NCBI GenBank assembly: GCA_036495095.1
Contig: DASXNK010000194.1
Coordinates: forward strand, 14,498 to 78,497
Length of the DNA: 64,000 bases
Direction: 5' to 3'
Origin: Candidatus Dormiibacterota bacterium
GTDB lineage: Bacteria > Chloroflexota > Dormibacteria > Aeolococcales > Aeolococcaceae
Of the stretch, positions 1 to 7,567 are shown piece by piece. The notes beneath the pieces were generated by a model, which was given only the letters and a program-made list of their open reading frames with translations, searched no databases and was not told the origin of the DNA. The first letter of the stretch is position 1; the number at the start of each line of letters is the position of its first letter. A program made the translations under genes and the position numbers.

Positions 1-594
1 CTCGGCAGCCTGGGCCAGGGCACGGTGGTCACAGTTGTGTCCCACGGTGGCCAGAACAACACCTGGTACCAGGTCAAGGGCGAGACCCAGACCGGGTGGA
101 TCACCGACAACCCCCAGTTCACCAGCCCGCGGCACTTCGAGCTCTACCAGTCCGACGCCCGCGGCTTCACCGCCCTCTACCTCAACACCTGGTCGTTCAC
201 CGAGGCCGCCGGGCCGGTGATCTTCCGTCCCCAGAGCGGCGGCTATCCGCAGATCGCCGTCGCCACCGGCGCCAACCAGGCGGCACTCGGGGCCCCGGGC
301 ATCGAGGGCTACTCGACCGTCCAGGTCGGCGCCGCCGAGGTGTTCGGCATCACCGGGGTGCTCAAGCTCTACGCGCGCAGCGGCGCCGCGCCGCCACCGA
401 CCCCGGGGCAGCCGCCGATGCCACCGCTGCTCGCCGAGCTTCGGGTCACCCTCGACGCCAACCGGGCGATGCGCCTCGACTTCCTCTACCCGACGGCCGA
501 CGACCTGCGCACCTTCCGAGACTTCTATGGGTCGATCATCGTGCCCCAGCCGGCCTCGCCGGGTGCCGTCCCGGCGACTCCGAAGCCGGCCTGA
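1..594 (+). CDS. hypothetical protein, 5' end truncated by the window edge; N-terminal segment resembles a bacterial SH3 fold
   Basis: Frame-1 ORF open from nt 1 to TGA 592-594. 'TWYQVKGETQTGWI' pattern. No confident family assignment. Confidence 0.4.
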   Translation, partial: LGSLGQGTVVTVVSHGGQNNTWYQVKGETQTGWITDNPQFTSPRHFELYQSDARGFTALYLNTWSFTEAAGPVIFRPQSGGYPQIAVATGANQAALGAPGIEGYSTVQVGAAEVFGITGVLKLYARSGAAPPPTPGQPPMPPLLAELRVTLDANRAMRLDFLYPTADDLRTFRDFYGSIIVPQPASPGAVPATPKPA

Positions 595-596
595 CC

Positions 597-1001
597 GTGC
601 TCGAGCGCGACCTCCTCGTCGACACCTCGCGGCGCCGCGTCGTCGACGTCACCGACCAGGCGGCGGCGCTGGCGCGCGAGGGCGGCGGCGACGGACTGCT
701 CAACGTGTTCGTCCCCCACGCCACCGCGGGGGTGGCGATCATGGAGACCGGCAGCGGTTCCGAGCCCGACCTCGTCGACGCGCTCGAGCGCCTGCTCCCC
801 CGCGACGACCGGTACCGCCACAGCCACGGCTCCGAGGGGCACGGCGCCGACCACCTGCTGCCGGTGCTGGTGTCGCCCTCGGTCACGGTGCCGGTGCGGC
901 GGGGGAGGCTCGGCCTCGGCACCTGGCAGCGGATCGTGGTCGTCGACCTCAACCGCGACAATCCCGAGCGCACCCTGCGCCTCTCCTTCCTCGCCGGGTG
1001 A
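597..1001 (+). CDS. yjbQ: YjbQ/UPF0047 family protein
   Basis: Translation 'LLNVFVPHATAGVAIMETGSG...HSHGSEGHGADHLLPVLVSPSVTVPV..GRLGLGTWQRIVVVDLNRD' matches the conserved YjbQ core. Start uncertain (GTG 597 or CTG 591) because the longer track ORF begins in the upstream gene. Confidence 0.6.
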   Translation: MLERDLLVDTSRRRVVDVTDQAAALAREGGGDGLLNVFVPHATAGVAIMETGSGSEPDLVDALERLLPRDDRYRHSHGSEGHGADHLLPVLVSPSVTVPVRRGRLGLGTWQRIVVVDLNRDNPERTLRLSFLAG

Positions 1002-1080
1002 CCACGAGAGTCGCCCGGCTGCTGTCGTGACGCCGCTGTCGGTGTTGTCCGCAGGGGGACGTGCTGACTAGAGTGGTCGC

Positions 1081-1722
1081 ATGAGAGGGCGTCATTCGGC
1101 CGCCGCCGCGAGCGGTGCGCTGCTCGCGATCGTCAGCCTGGCCGGTGGGGGTGAGGCCGCCGGCATCGGTGGAGGCTCCGGCATCGGTGGAGGCGCGGGC
1201 ATCGGCGTGGGCTCCGGCATCGGCGTGGGCCCGTCCGCGCTGGGATCGAGCCTCAGCTCCCCGGGCACCATCGGCCACCACACCTTCGGCGTCAGCACGC
1301 TGGTCCCGCCCCCCGCGCCGGTGCTCGACCTCCGCGGCCTCGGCACCCCGACCGGGGGAACCATCCCGCCGCCGGCGCCGCTCCACGCCGTCGGCGTGAC
1401 CGTGACCCAGAACGGGCCGACCACGCCCGCGCCGTTCACGACCTTCGACCTCGGCGGCCGCCAGACCATCCGGCCGGGAACGAGCGGCGGGACGAGCATC
1501 ACGAGCTCCTCGACCGCGAGCCAGCGCAACCAGGTCACCCTGAACCCCACCGTCCTCGGCGGCGGCAACGTCCCCGGCACCCGCGTGACCGTCGGGTTCG
1601 ACCCCGCCTCGCTGACCGGAGGCGGCGGCGCCGGCACCAGCGGAGGCGGCACGATGACCATCGGCGGCGCGTCGGGCGGCACGGCGGGCGGTGCCGGCGG
1701 CGCGGTGACCATCGCCGGATAG
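1081..1722 (+). CDS. secreted glycine-rich low-complexity protein (signal peptide plus GIGGGSGIGGGAGIGVGSGIGVG repeats)
   Basis: ATG at 1081 preceded by 'agagtgg'. N-terminus 'MRGRHSAAAASGALLAIVSLAGG' is signal-like. Long Gly/Thr/Ser tracts. The antisense Pro-rich ORF 1092-1712 is its mirror image. Confidence 0.45.
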   Translation: MRGRHSAAAASGALLAIVSLAGGGEAAGIGGGSGIGGGAGIGVGSGIGVGPSALGSSLSSPGTIGHHTFGVSTLVPPPAPVLDLRGLGTPTGGTIPPPAPLHAVGVTVTQNGPTTPAPFTTFDLGGRQTIRPGTSGGTSITSSSTASQRNQVTLNPTVLGGGNVPGTRVTVGFDPASLTGGGGAGTSGGGTMTIGGASGGTAGGAGGAVTIAG

Positions 1723-1864
1723 CTCTCCGGCGCCCGCGGTGGGGCGGGGAGGGTCCGGCCCGGCGGGTGACACCTGCCGATGCGAGTTGGCCCCGAGCCT
1801 CCGCGCGCGTATGCTCGGCGGCCGCAACGGGGCGCCGCGGGCGAGTCCGGTCACGAGGCGGACG

Positions 1865-2704
1865 ATGCCGAGATACATCCTGGACCAGACCTGGGAGCGC
1901 GAGGCCGAGCGCCTCGACGCGCTGGAGCGCTGCGGCGATCCGCTCACCGTCGACCACCTGCGCCGCACCGGCGTCGGCACCGGCTGGGACTGCCTCGAGG
2001 TGGGTGCGGGCCGGGGCTCGATCGCCCGCTGGCTCGCCGACCGGGTCGGCGACCGGGGCACGGTGCTGGCGGTGGATCTCGACACCACCCTGCTCGAGGA
2101 GGAGCGGCGCCCCAACCTCGAGGTGCGCCGCCTCGACATCCTCAGCGACCCGCTCCCCGCCGCGGCCTTCGACCTGGTCCACGCCCGCCACGTCATCGGC
2201 CATCTTCCGGACCGCGCCCGCGCGCTGCACCGCCTCGCCGCCAGCCTGCGCCCGGGCGGGTGGTTGCTCGTCGAGGACTTCGACTTCCGCTGGGCCGAGC
2301 TCGGCGACTGGCCCTGCGACCCGGTCGACGCCGGCCCCGTGTTCGGCCGGGTCTGGTCGGCGACCCTGGAGGTGATGCGCACCGGCACCTACGACGGCGG
2401 CTGGTCCTGGCGGGCGGCGGCCGGCCTGCGCGCGGTGGGGCTCGCCGAGGTGGCGGGCGAGGCGAGGGCGCCGATCGGCGACCGCGCCTTCACCGAGATG
2501 ATGCACCTCACGATGCTGCGGTTCCGCGAGCCGGTGATCGCCGGCGGCATCCCCGAGGCCGACATCGACCGCTGCCTCGCCATGCTCGCCGACCCTGGCA
2601 GCTGCGTCACCGCGGCGCCGCTGGTGTCGGTCTGGGGGCGGCGGCCGCCCCCGGACCGAACACCTCAGCGCGCCGCCCGGAGCGCGGCGACGAACCACTC
2701 GTAG
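1865..2704 (+). CDS. class I SAM-dependent methyltransferase
   Basis: Motif I 'LEVGAGRGSIARWLADRVG..GTVLAVDLD' and 'LRPGGWLLVEDF'. ATG 1865 with GAGG 7 nt upstream. The longer track ORF from 1739 is probably leader. Confidence 0.65.
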   Translation: MPRYILDQTWEREAERLDALERCGDPLTVDHLRRTGVGTGWDCLEVGAGRGSIARWLADRVGDRGTVLAVDLDTTLLEEERRPNLEVRRLDILSDPLPAAAFDLVHARHVIGHLPDRARALHRLAASLRPGGWLLVEDFDFRWAELGDWPCDPVDAGPVFGRVWSATLEVMRTGTYDGGWSWRAAAGLRAVGLAEVAGEARAPIGDRAFTEMMHLTMLRFREPVIAGGIPEADIDRCLAMLADPGSCVTAAPLVSVWGRRPPPDRTPQRAARSAATNHS

Positions 2705-3591
2705 GCGGGCGTCAGCGAGGGCCCCTGCGGCCAGCCGTTGATGACGCCGATCAGGTTCCAGTAGCGCTCCACCCGCTGGTCGCTGAAGGTCTCGAGCATC
2801 CAGACCAGCTCGGCGCGATACGCGGCGTCGTCGCTCCGGTGGGCGGCGGTCGCGAACAGCCCGACCAGCTCGTCGGCGATCGCCGCCGCCCCCTCCGACT
2901 CCGGCGCGACCCCGGCGGCGATCGCCGCCTGGCCACGCTCCACCACCGCCCGCCCGGCCTCCGCGGTGGGCTTGTCGTCGTGGCTGATGCCGGAGCCGGC
3001 CCGCAGCCGGGCCCCCTCGGTGACCATCCGCCGCACCCGGGCACGGAAGTCGGCGTCGCCGACCATTCCGGCGAGCTCGACCCAGGCGTCGATCTGGGCG
3101 TCGGACGGGTCCTCCGGCAGCGTGGGCAGGCCGCTGCGCATCACCGTGGCGAAGGGGTCGTCGGGATGGTCGGCGAAGACGGAGGCGATGAAGTCCTCCA
3201 TGATCCGTCCGGCCTCATCGGCGGACGTGCGGGCGAACGCGGTCATGCGATGTACCTCCTCGGGCCGGGAGTCGCGGCGGGCGATGGCCCGCAGCAGCGT
3301 CCGGCGCAGGGTGAGCTGACGGATGTGCAGGTCGATGGCGTCGGCGTGGGCGCTGGCCACCTCGGCGAGCCCGGCCCGGCGGTCGAGGACCTGGCGGATC
3401 GTCGCCAGGTCGAACCCCAGGTCGCGGAGGGTGCGGACCAGCTCGAGCCGGGCCAGCCCGGCCTGGTCGTAGCGGCGATAGCCGGACGGGCTGCGCTCGG
3501 CCTCGGGGGCGAGCCCGATGTCCGAGTAGTAGCGGACGGTCTTCACCGGGAGCCCGGTGAGCCGCGCCATCTGGCCGATCGAGATGTCCAT
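2665..3591 (-). CDS. MerR family transcriptional regulator with ~200 aa C-terminal effector-binding domain (TipA-like architecture)
   Basis: N-terminal HTH 'IGQMARLTGLPVKTVRYYSDIGL...SGYRRYDQAGLARLELVRTLRDLGFDL' is canonical MerR, followed by a coiled-coil and C-terminal domain. Confidence 0.8.
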   Translation of the reverse strand: MDISIGQMARLTGLPVKTVRYYSDIGLAPEAERSPSGYRRYDQAGLARLELVRTLRDLGFDLATIRQVLDRRAGLAEVASAHADAIDLHIRQLTLRRTLLRAIARRDSRPEEVHRMTAFARTSADEAGRIMEDFIASVFADHPDDPFATVMRSGLPTLPEDPSDAQIDAWVELAGMVGDADFRARVRRMVTEGARLRAGSGISHDDKPTAEAGRAVVERGQAAIAAGVAPESEGAAAIADELVGLFATAAHRSDDAAYRAELVWMLETFSDQRVERYWNLIGVINGWPQGPSLTPAYEWFVAALRAAR

Positions 3592-3691
3592 GCCCCGACC
3601 CTGAGGCCTCCAGTGGCTGGAGAGTCAAGGCCGTCACCGCGCCGTGACAGCGAGAGGGGGGCCGCGCCGGGGGCCCTTCCCGGAAGCCTAC

Positions 3692-3723
3692 ATACTCATG
3701 AGAATGCATATTCTCATGAGTAT
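3692..3723. promoter_or_regulatory. perfect inverted repeat ATACTCATGAGAAT-GCAT-ATTCTCATGAGTAT (14 bp arms, 4 bp spacer); candidate MerR operator in the divergent promoter
   Basis: Read directly from the sequence, ~100 nt upstream of the MerR start (3591), in an intergenic region. Unusually AT-rich for this genome. Confidence 0.6.
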
Positions 3724-3829
3724 CTGGTGCAAGGATGCCCTTACGGGGCATCTGTCCGCAACCGTGCACTCCCGGGATCCGCCCCGCTCGGATCTGGACC
3801 CGATGGAGTTCGCAGGTGCGGCCAGTCCA

Positions 3830-4069
3830 CTAGTAGTAGTAGGCGTCGACGTCACCGGCCGGCGCCCCGACCTGCCGGGCACCGTGGTCGACGGCCTCGG
3901 CGGGGATCTCGGATCGGCGCCGGGGGAACCGGCCCCGTTGGATGTAGAACTTGAGCAGCAGGGCAAACCCCATCCGGTTCTCGCCCCGCTTGGCCTGGAT
4001 GAGCGCCTGCTCGTCCGGAAGGACGGTCCAGTGCTCGATCAGCTCATCTGGATCGAGCTCTCGGCGCAC
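3830..4069 (-). pseudogene. tnpA: Tn3-family transposase TnpA N-terminal (DUF4158) fragment, truncated after 79 codons
   Basis: 'DELIEHWTVLPDEQALIQAKRGENRMGFALLLKFYIQRGRFPRRRSEIPAEAVDHGARQVG' matches the Tn3 TnpA N-terminal domain. It then hits a stop, and no downstream transposase frames follow. Confidence 0.6.
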
Positions 4070-4217
4070 CAGCCCTGCTTCGCCGGCAAAGTTCCGAGAA
4101 TGCTCGGAGGCGGAACTCGGGAGCCCAGGCCTTGGGGGCGGACAATTCTCTGGAAGGCGGGCTGTCGAATCGCGAGACGAGGACCCTAGCCTCCACGGCT
4201 CACGGGGTGATCAGCAC

Positions 4218-4679
4218 ATGTGGCCACTCTTGATCCTTCTGCTGGCGAGCATGGCGGCGCTCGGTGCGTACCTAGCCGCCCATGGGTTCAGGGACGGCCG
4301 CTGGGGTGGCTACGTCGTGCTCTATGCCGCGGGCGTCGCCGGCGCGGCGACATGGGGTCAGTGGTCCGGCCTCACCCAGTCGATCCGGCTCGAGCTGGTC
4401 TTCGGCTTCGTTTTGGTAGGTGTTGCGCTCTGGGGGATGGCCCTATTCGACGTCGTTTCGCGGGCCGACGCATCACTTGGTAGTCGAGTGGGGTACATCA
4501 TTTTTCTGCTACTGATCCCGCCGTACGGGGTGATCGATTGGGCTATCGATCGCACGGACGGCAGGTTGCGGGCGGAGGTCATCAGTTTGACGATTGCGAC
4601 AACCGCCACTCTACTGGGATCGTTCGCCGTAAACGCTTGGTGTAGCATGCATGGGCTTCGTGCGCTCCCTCCTTTGTGA
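4218..4679 (+). CDS. hypothetical polytopic membrane protein (lower-GC passenger gene)
   Basis: ATG 4218. 4-5 predicted TM helices ('LLILLLASMAALGAYLAA', 'LVFGFVLVGVALWGMALF', 'GYIIFLLLIPPYGVI'). Codon usage is less GC-rich than in neighbouring genes. Confidence 0.4.
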   Translation: MWPLLILLLASMAALGAYLAAHGFRDGRWGGYVVLYAAGVAGAATWGQWSGLTQSIRLELVFGFVLVGVALWGMALFDVVSRADASLGSRVGYIIFLLLIPPYGVIDWAIDRTDGRLRAEVISLTIATTATLLGSFAVNAWCSMHGLRALPPL

Positions 4680-4779
4680 TCCGAAGGCGACTCGTCGGGC
4701 CTCGTGGGCGTTCGGACAGCCATCGGGGTCTCGGTGCTCTCCGGTCTCCCCGCAGCTCTGGCGATCGAGTCCAGAGTGT

Positions 4780-4912
4780 GGGCAACCTGGCCGCCAGCGC
4801 GATCGCGGGCGTCCTCTGGTCCGCGATCTCGCCCGTGGTCGCCTTCGGCTACCTCGCCGGCTGGATGGCGCTTGCGCTCGGTGCTCTGGTCACCATCCGT
4901 CGCCGCACCTGA
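4780..4912 (+). pseudogene. C-terminal ~40 codons of an MFS transporter (remnant of the gene disrupted by the transposon)
   Basis: 'VGNLAASAIAGVLWSAISPVVAFGYLAGWMALALGALVTIRRR' is a typical MFS last TM helix. No upstream MFS body is present in any frame. Confidence 0.45.
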
Positions 4913-4960
4913 TCCGAGATCCGACCCCGAATCTCATATCCGTTGGTTTTTCGGCCATTG

Positions 4961-5452
4961 CTACCGGGCCCCCCCCTCGGCCGCGGCCTTGATCCGCGCC
5001 AATGTCGCCTCCATGCCGCGGCGGTTGTGGGCGGCGCGGTCGCCCACCCCGGTGGCGACCCTGCCGAGCGCCCGGATCACCCCGCCGCGGGAGTCGGTCC
5101 AGGTCTCGCTGATCCGGCAGCCGCCGGGGATGGCGGTCACCGTGTAGCGCCACTCCGCGACCGGCAGCCCCATCGAGGCGACCCGGAAGGCGAAGCTCCG
5201 GCCCGGGTCGGCCGACACCACCGTCGAGACCGTCGACCAGCGTCGCAGGCCGATGCGGTTGTGCCCGCGGAAGCGCGCCCCCACCGCGGCACCGCCGGCG
5301 CCGCCCATCCACTCGCAGCGCACGCACTCGGGGCTCCACTCCCCCATCCGGCGCACGTCCGAGACCAGCGCGTAGACCGCCTCGGCGGGAGCGGCGACGT
5401 CGACGCTCACCTCCACCGGCGGCGGCCCCGGCTCCCGGTTCACCCCGCCCAT
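4961..5452 (-). CDS. SRPBCC (Bet v1/START-like, polyketide cyclase-dehydrase fold) family protein
   Basis: 'VDVAAPAEAVYALVSDVRRMGEWSPE' N-terminal signature of the SRPBCC superfamily; 163 aa. Confidence 0.6.
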   Translation of the reverse strand: MGGVNREPGPPPVEVSVDVAAPAEAVYALVSDVRRMGEWSPECVRCEWMGGAGGAAVGARFRGHNRIGLRRWSTVSTVVSADPGRSFAFRVASMGLPVAEWRYTVTAIPGGCRISETWTDSRGGVIRALGRVATGVGDRAAHNRRGMEATLARIKAAAEGGAR

Positions 5453-5494
5453 CGCCCGTCCTCCGTCACGCCGCAGATCGTAGTGGGGAGCGGA

Positions 5495-5953
5495 TCAGCG
5501 GGGCAGCTGCTCGCGCCAGACGTTGCCGAGGACCCGCACCGGCCCGGCCAGCCCCTCGCGACAGCAGGCCAGGACCTCGGGGCCGATGGGCGGGTACATC
5601 TCCAGGGTGGCGAGATCCTCCACCGGCTCCCAGGCGACGCCGACGAGGCGGCCGTCCATGCCCGCGCGGAGGCTGCCGCCGCGGATGCTCCCGGCGTAGA
5701 CCAGGTTCACGAGATGGCGGCCGAGCGGCGCCACCGACTCGCAGAGCAGCAGCAGGCGGCCGACGTCGACCTCGTAGCCGGTCTCCTCACGAAGCTCGCG
5801 CTCGGCGGCGGCGGCCAGGGTCTCCCCCACCTCGACGCCACCGCCGGGCAGCAGCCGGTAGCGGCGGCCGTTCTTCAGGTGCTGGACCAGCAGGACCCGA
5901 TCGCCGTCCTGGATGAGCACCGCCACGCGGATCCGGATCTCGCGCGCGTGCAT
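5495..5953 (-). CDS. NUDIX hydrolase (MutT-like)
   Basis: Nudix box 'LPGGGVEVGETLAAAAERELREETG'. ATG at 5953-5951 chosen over the upstream track start (6079) because the extra 42 aa are low-complexity. Confidence 0.7.
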   Translation of the reverse strand: MHAREIRIRVAVLIQDGDRVLLVQHLKNGRRYRLLPGGGVEVGETLAAAAERELREETGYEVDVGRLLLLCESVAPLGRHLVNLVYAGSIRGGSLRAGMDGRLVGVAWEPVEDLATLEMYPPIGPEVLACCREGLAGPVRVLGNVWREQLPR

Positions 5954-6001
5954 CGGCGGATCATCCCACGCCCACCGCCGGTCGGGTTTCTCCCACACCT
6001 G

Positions 6002-6030
6002 TTGACTCCGAACGCCTGTTCGTGTACGCT
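6002..6030 (+). promoter_or_regulatory. sigma-A-type promoter of the LysM gene: -35 TTGACT (6002-6007), 17 nt spacer, -10 TACGCT (6025-6030)
   Basis: Hexamers and spacing read directly from the sequence. LexA box 1 lies inside the spacer. Confidence 0.5.
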
Positions 6031-6052
6031 CGCCATGCGAACAGGCGTTCGT
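6009..6052. promoter_or_regulatory. two LexA (SOS) boxes: CGAACGCCTGTTCG (6009-6022) and CGAACAGGCGTTCG (6039-6052); the whole 44 bp forms a larger inverted repeat
   Basis: Both match the Gram-positive/actinobacterial SOS box consensus (T)CGAAC-N4-GTTCG(A) perfectly in the core. Located between divergent NUDIX and LysM genes. Confidence 0.7.
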
Positions 6053-6090
6053 GAGCAGAGACGACCCCCCATCGACCACCCACCCACGAC

Positions 6091-6414
6091 ATGACCAACC
6101 TCCTCCACGACTTCGCCCCCGCCAACGCCCGCCGGCGCCGGCGCCGCATGCGCGCCATCGAACGGCGCATCCTGCTCGCGCTCGCCGGGGCGCTGATCCT
6201 CCTCGTGCTCCTCGGGAACGTGGTCTACGGCGGCAGCAGCGGTGGCACCCAGGTGGTCACCGTGGGCCCCGGTGACACGGTCTGGAGCATCGCCTCCGCG
6301 CACTACCCCGACGACGGCGACCTGCGTCAGCGGGTCGACGACATCCTGTCCATCAACCACCTCAGTGGCGGGACGCTGGTGCCGGGCCAGGCGCTGACGA
6401 TCCCGCCGCCATAG
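6091..6414 (+). CDS. chiZ: LysM-domain membrane protein, ChiZ (Rv2719c)-like SOS-induced cell-wall/division protein
   Basis: Arg-rich N-terminus, one TM helix ('ILLALAGALILLVLLGNVV'), C-terminal LysM 'VVTVGPGDTVWSIASAHY...VDDILSINHLSGGTLVPGQALTIP'. Immediately downstream of dual LexA boxes. Confidence 0.65.
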   Translation: MTNLLHDFAPANARRRRRRMRAIERRILLALAGALILLVLLGNVVYGGSSGGTQVVTVGPGDTVWSIASAHYPDDGDLRQRVDDILSINHLSGGTLVPGQALTIPPP

Positions 6415-6527
6415 GCAGGGGAGGAAGCGCCCGGCGCTGACCCACGCGCGCGATCGGACCCACCTCCCTCTCCGCTCTCGCGCCGCGGCCCCTCCCCTGC
6501 TCCGGTGGTGCTGCCTCCGACGAGCGG

Positions 6528-7451
6528 CTATGGGGCGCCCAGCAGCTGCCGCAGCGCAGGCTCGAGGTCCGGATACCGGACGGCATAGCCGAGACCGAGC
6601 AGGCGCCCGGCCGACACCCGCTGCCCGGTGGTGACCATCGACGCCATCTCGCCGTAGAGGAGGCGCAGCGCCAGCGCGGGGACGGGCGTCACCGCGGGAC
6701 GGCGGAGCACGGCGCCCAGGGTTCTCGACAGCTCGGCGTTGGTGACCGGGGTGGGCGCGACCACGTTGACCGGTCCCGCCGCCCCGGCATCGTCGACGCA
6801 GTGCAGGAGCGCGCCGGCGACGTCGTCGAGGTGCACCCAGCTGACCCACTGGCGCCCGCCGGCGACCGGCCCTCCGGCGCCGAGACGGAAGGGCGGGAGC
6901 ATCTTGGCGAGCGCCCCGCCCTCCGGCGAGAGCACCACCCCGGTGCGCGCGACGACCACCCGCAGGCCCGAGGCATCGGCCGCCGCGAGGGCCTCGCGCT
7001 CCCAGGCGACGACCACTCCGGCGAGGAAGTCGGCGCCCGCCGGCGACCGCTCGTCGAGCCATTCGTCGCCGTGAGGGCCGTAGAAGCCGGTCGCCGACTG
7101 CGACACCAGCGTCCGCGGCCTCCGATCCTCCGGCAGCCCGGCGATGGCGGCGACCAGCGAACGGGTGGAGAGCACCCGGGAGTCGGAGATCTCGCGCCTG
7201 GCGCTCTCGGTCCAGCGCTGCGCCACCGGCTCGCCGAGCAGGTGGACGACGGCGTCCGCGCCGGCGAGCGCGGCCTCGGGCGGCGGGGCCGACGCCGGGC
7301 GGGGCCACGCGTGGAGCTCCACGCCCGAGAGCCCTCGGTGGGCACGGTCTGGGTCCCGGGTCAGGGCCACGACCTCGTCGCCGCGGCGCTGCAGGGCGGC
7401 GGCCACCGCGGTGCCGATCGTCCCGGTGGCTCCGGTGAGCACCACGCGCAT
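6528..7451 (-). CDS. TIGR01777/YfcH family NAD-dependent epimerase-dehydratase-like oxidoreductase (with DUF1731 C-terminus)
   Basis: 'MRVVLTGATGTIGTAVAAAL' Rossmann motif; 307 aa; overall YfcH-like pattern. Confidence 0.6.
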   Translation of the reverse strand: MRVVLTGATGTIGTAVAAALQRRGDEVVALTRDPDRAHRGLSGVELHAWPRPASAPPPEAALAGADAVVHLLGEPVAQRWTESARREISDSRVLSTRSLVAAIAGLPEDRRPRTLVSQSATGFYGPHGDEWLDERSPAGADFLAGVVVAWEREALAAADASGLRVVVARTGVVLSPEGGALAKMLPPFRLGAGGPVAGGRQWVSWVHLDDVAGALLHCVDDAGAAGPVNVVAPTPVTNAELSRTLGAVLRRPAVTPVPALALRLLYGEMASMVTTGQRVSAGRLLGLGYAVRYPDLEPALRQLLGAP

Positions 7452-7567
7452 CGCTCTCCTCCTCGAATCCCCCGCAACCGACCCGCGACCCCGACCGTGC
7501 TGGGTGCGAGGCCGTCACCCTGTACTGCGGCGGCGACGGCGCTGCGGATCAGTCGGAGGGCCGCAGC

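Larger units (their letters stand above)
3780..4700. mobile_element. remnant of a Tn3-family transposon insertion (lower-GC segment containing the tnpA N-terminal fragment and a passenger ORF)
   Basis: Local GC is visibly lower than the flanks. Contains a DUF4158 transposase fragment, is flanked by a truncated MFS gene, and has no intact inverted repeats. Confidence 0.35.

Noticed and set aside
1092-1712. Minus-strand 206-aa proline-rich ORF
   Set aside because: It is the antisense mirror of the Gly-rich plus-strand ORF and lacks a signal peptide and start context. High-GC genomes routinely generate such shadow ORFs.
3644-4189. Plus-strand 181-aa ORF spanning the MerR intergenic palindrome and the transposase remnant
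   Set aside because: It runs through an obvious operator palindrome and is antisense to the DUF4158-matching frame. No conserved features.
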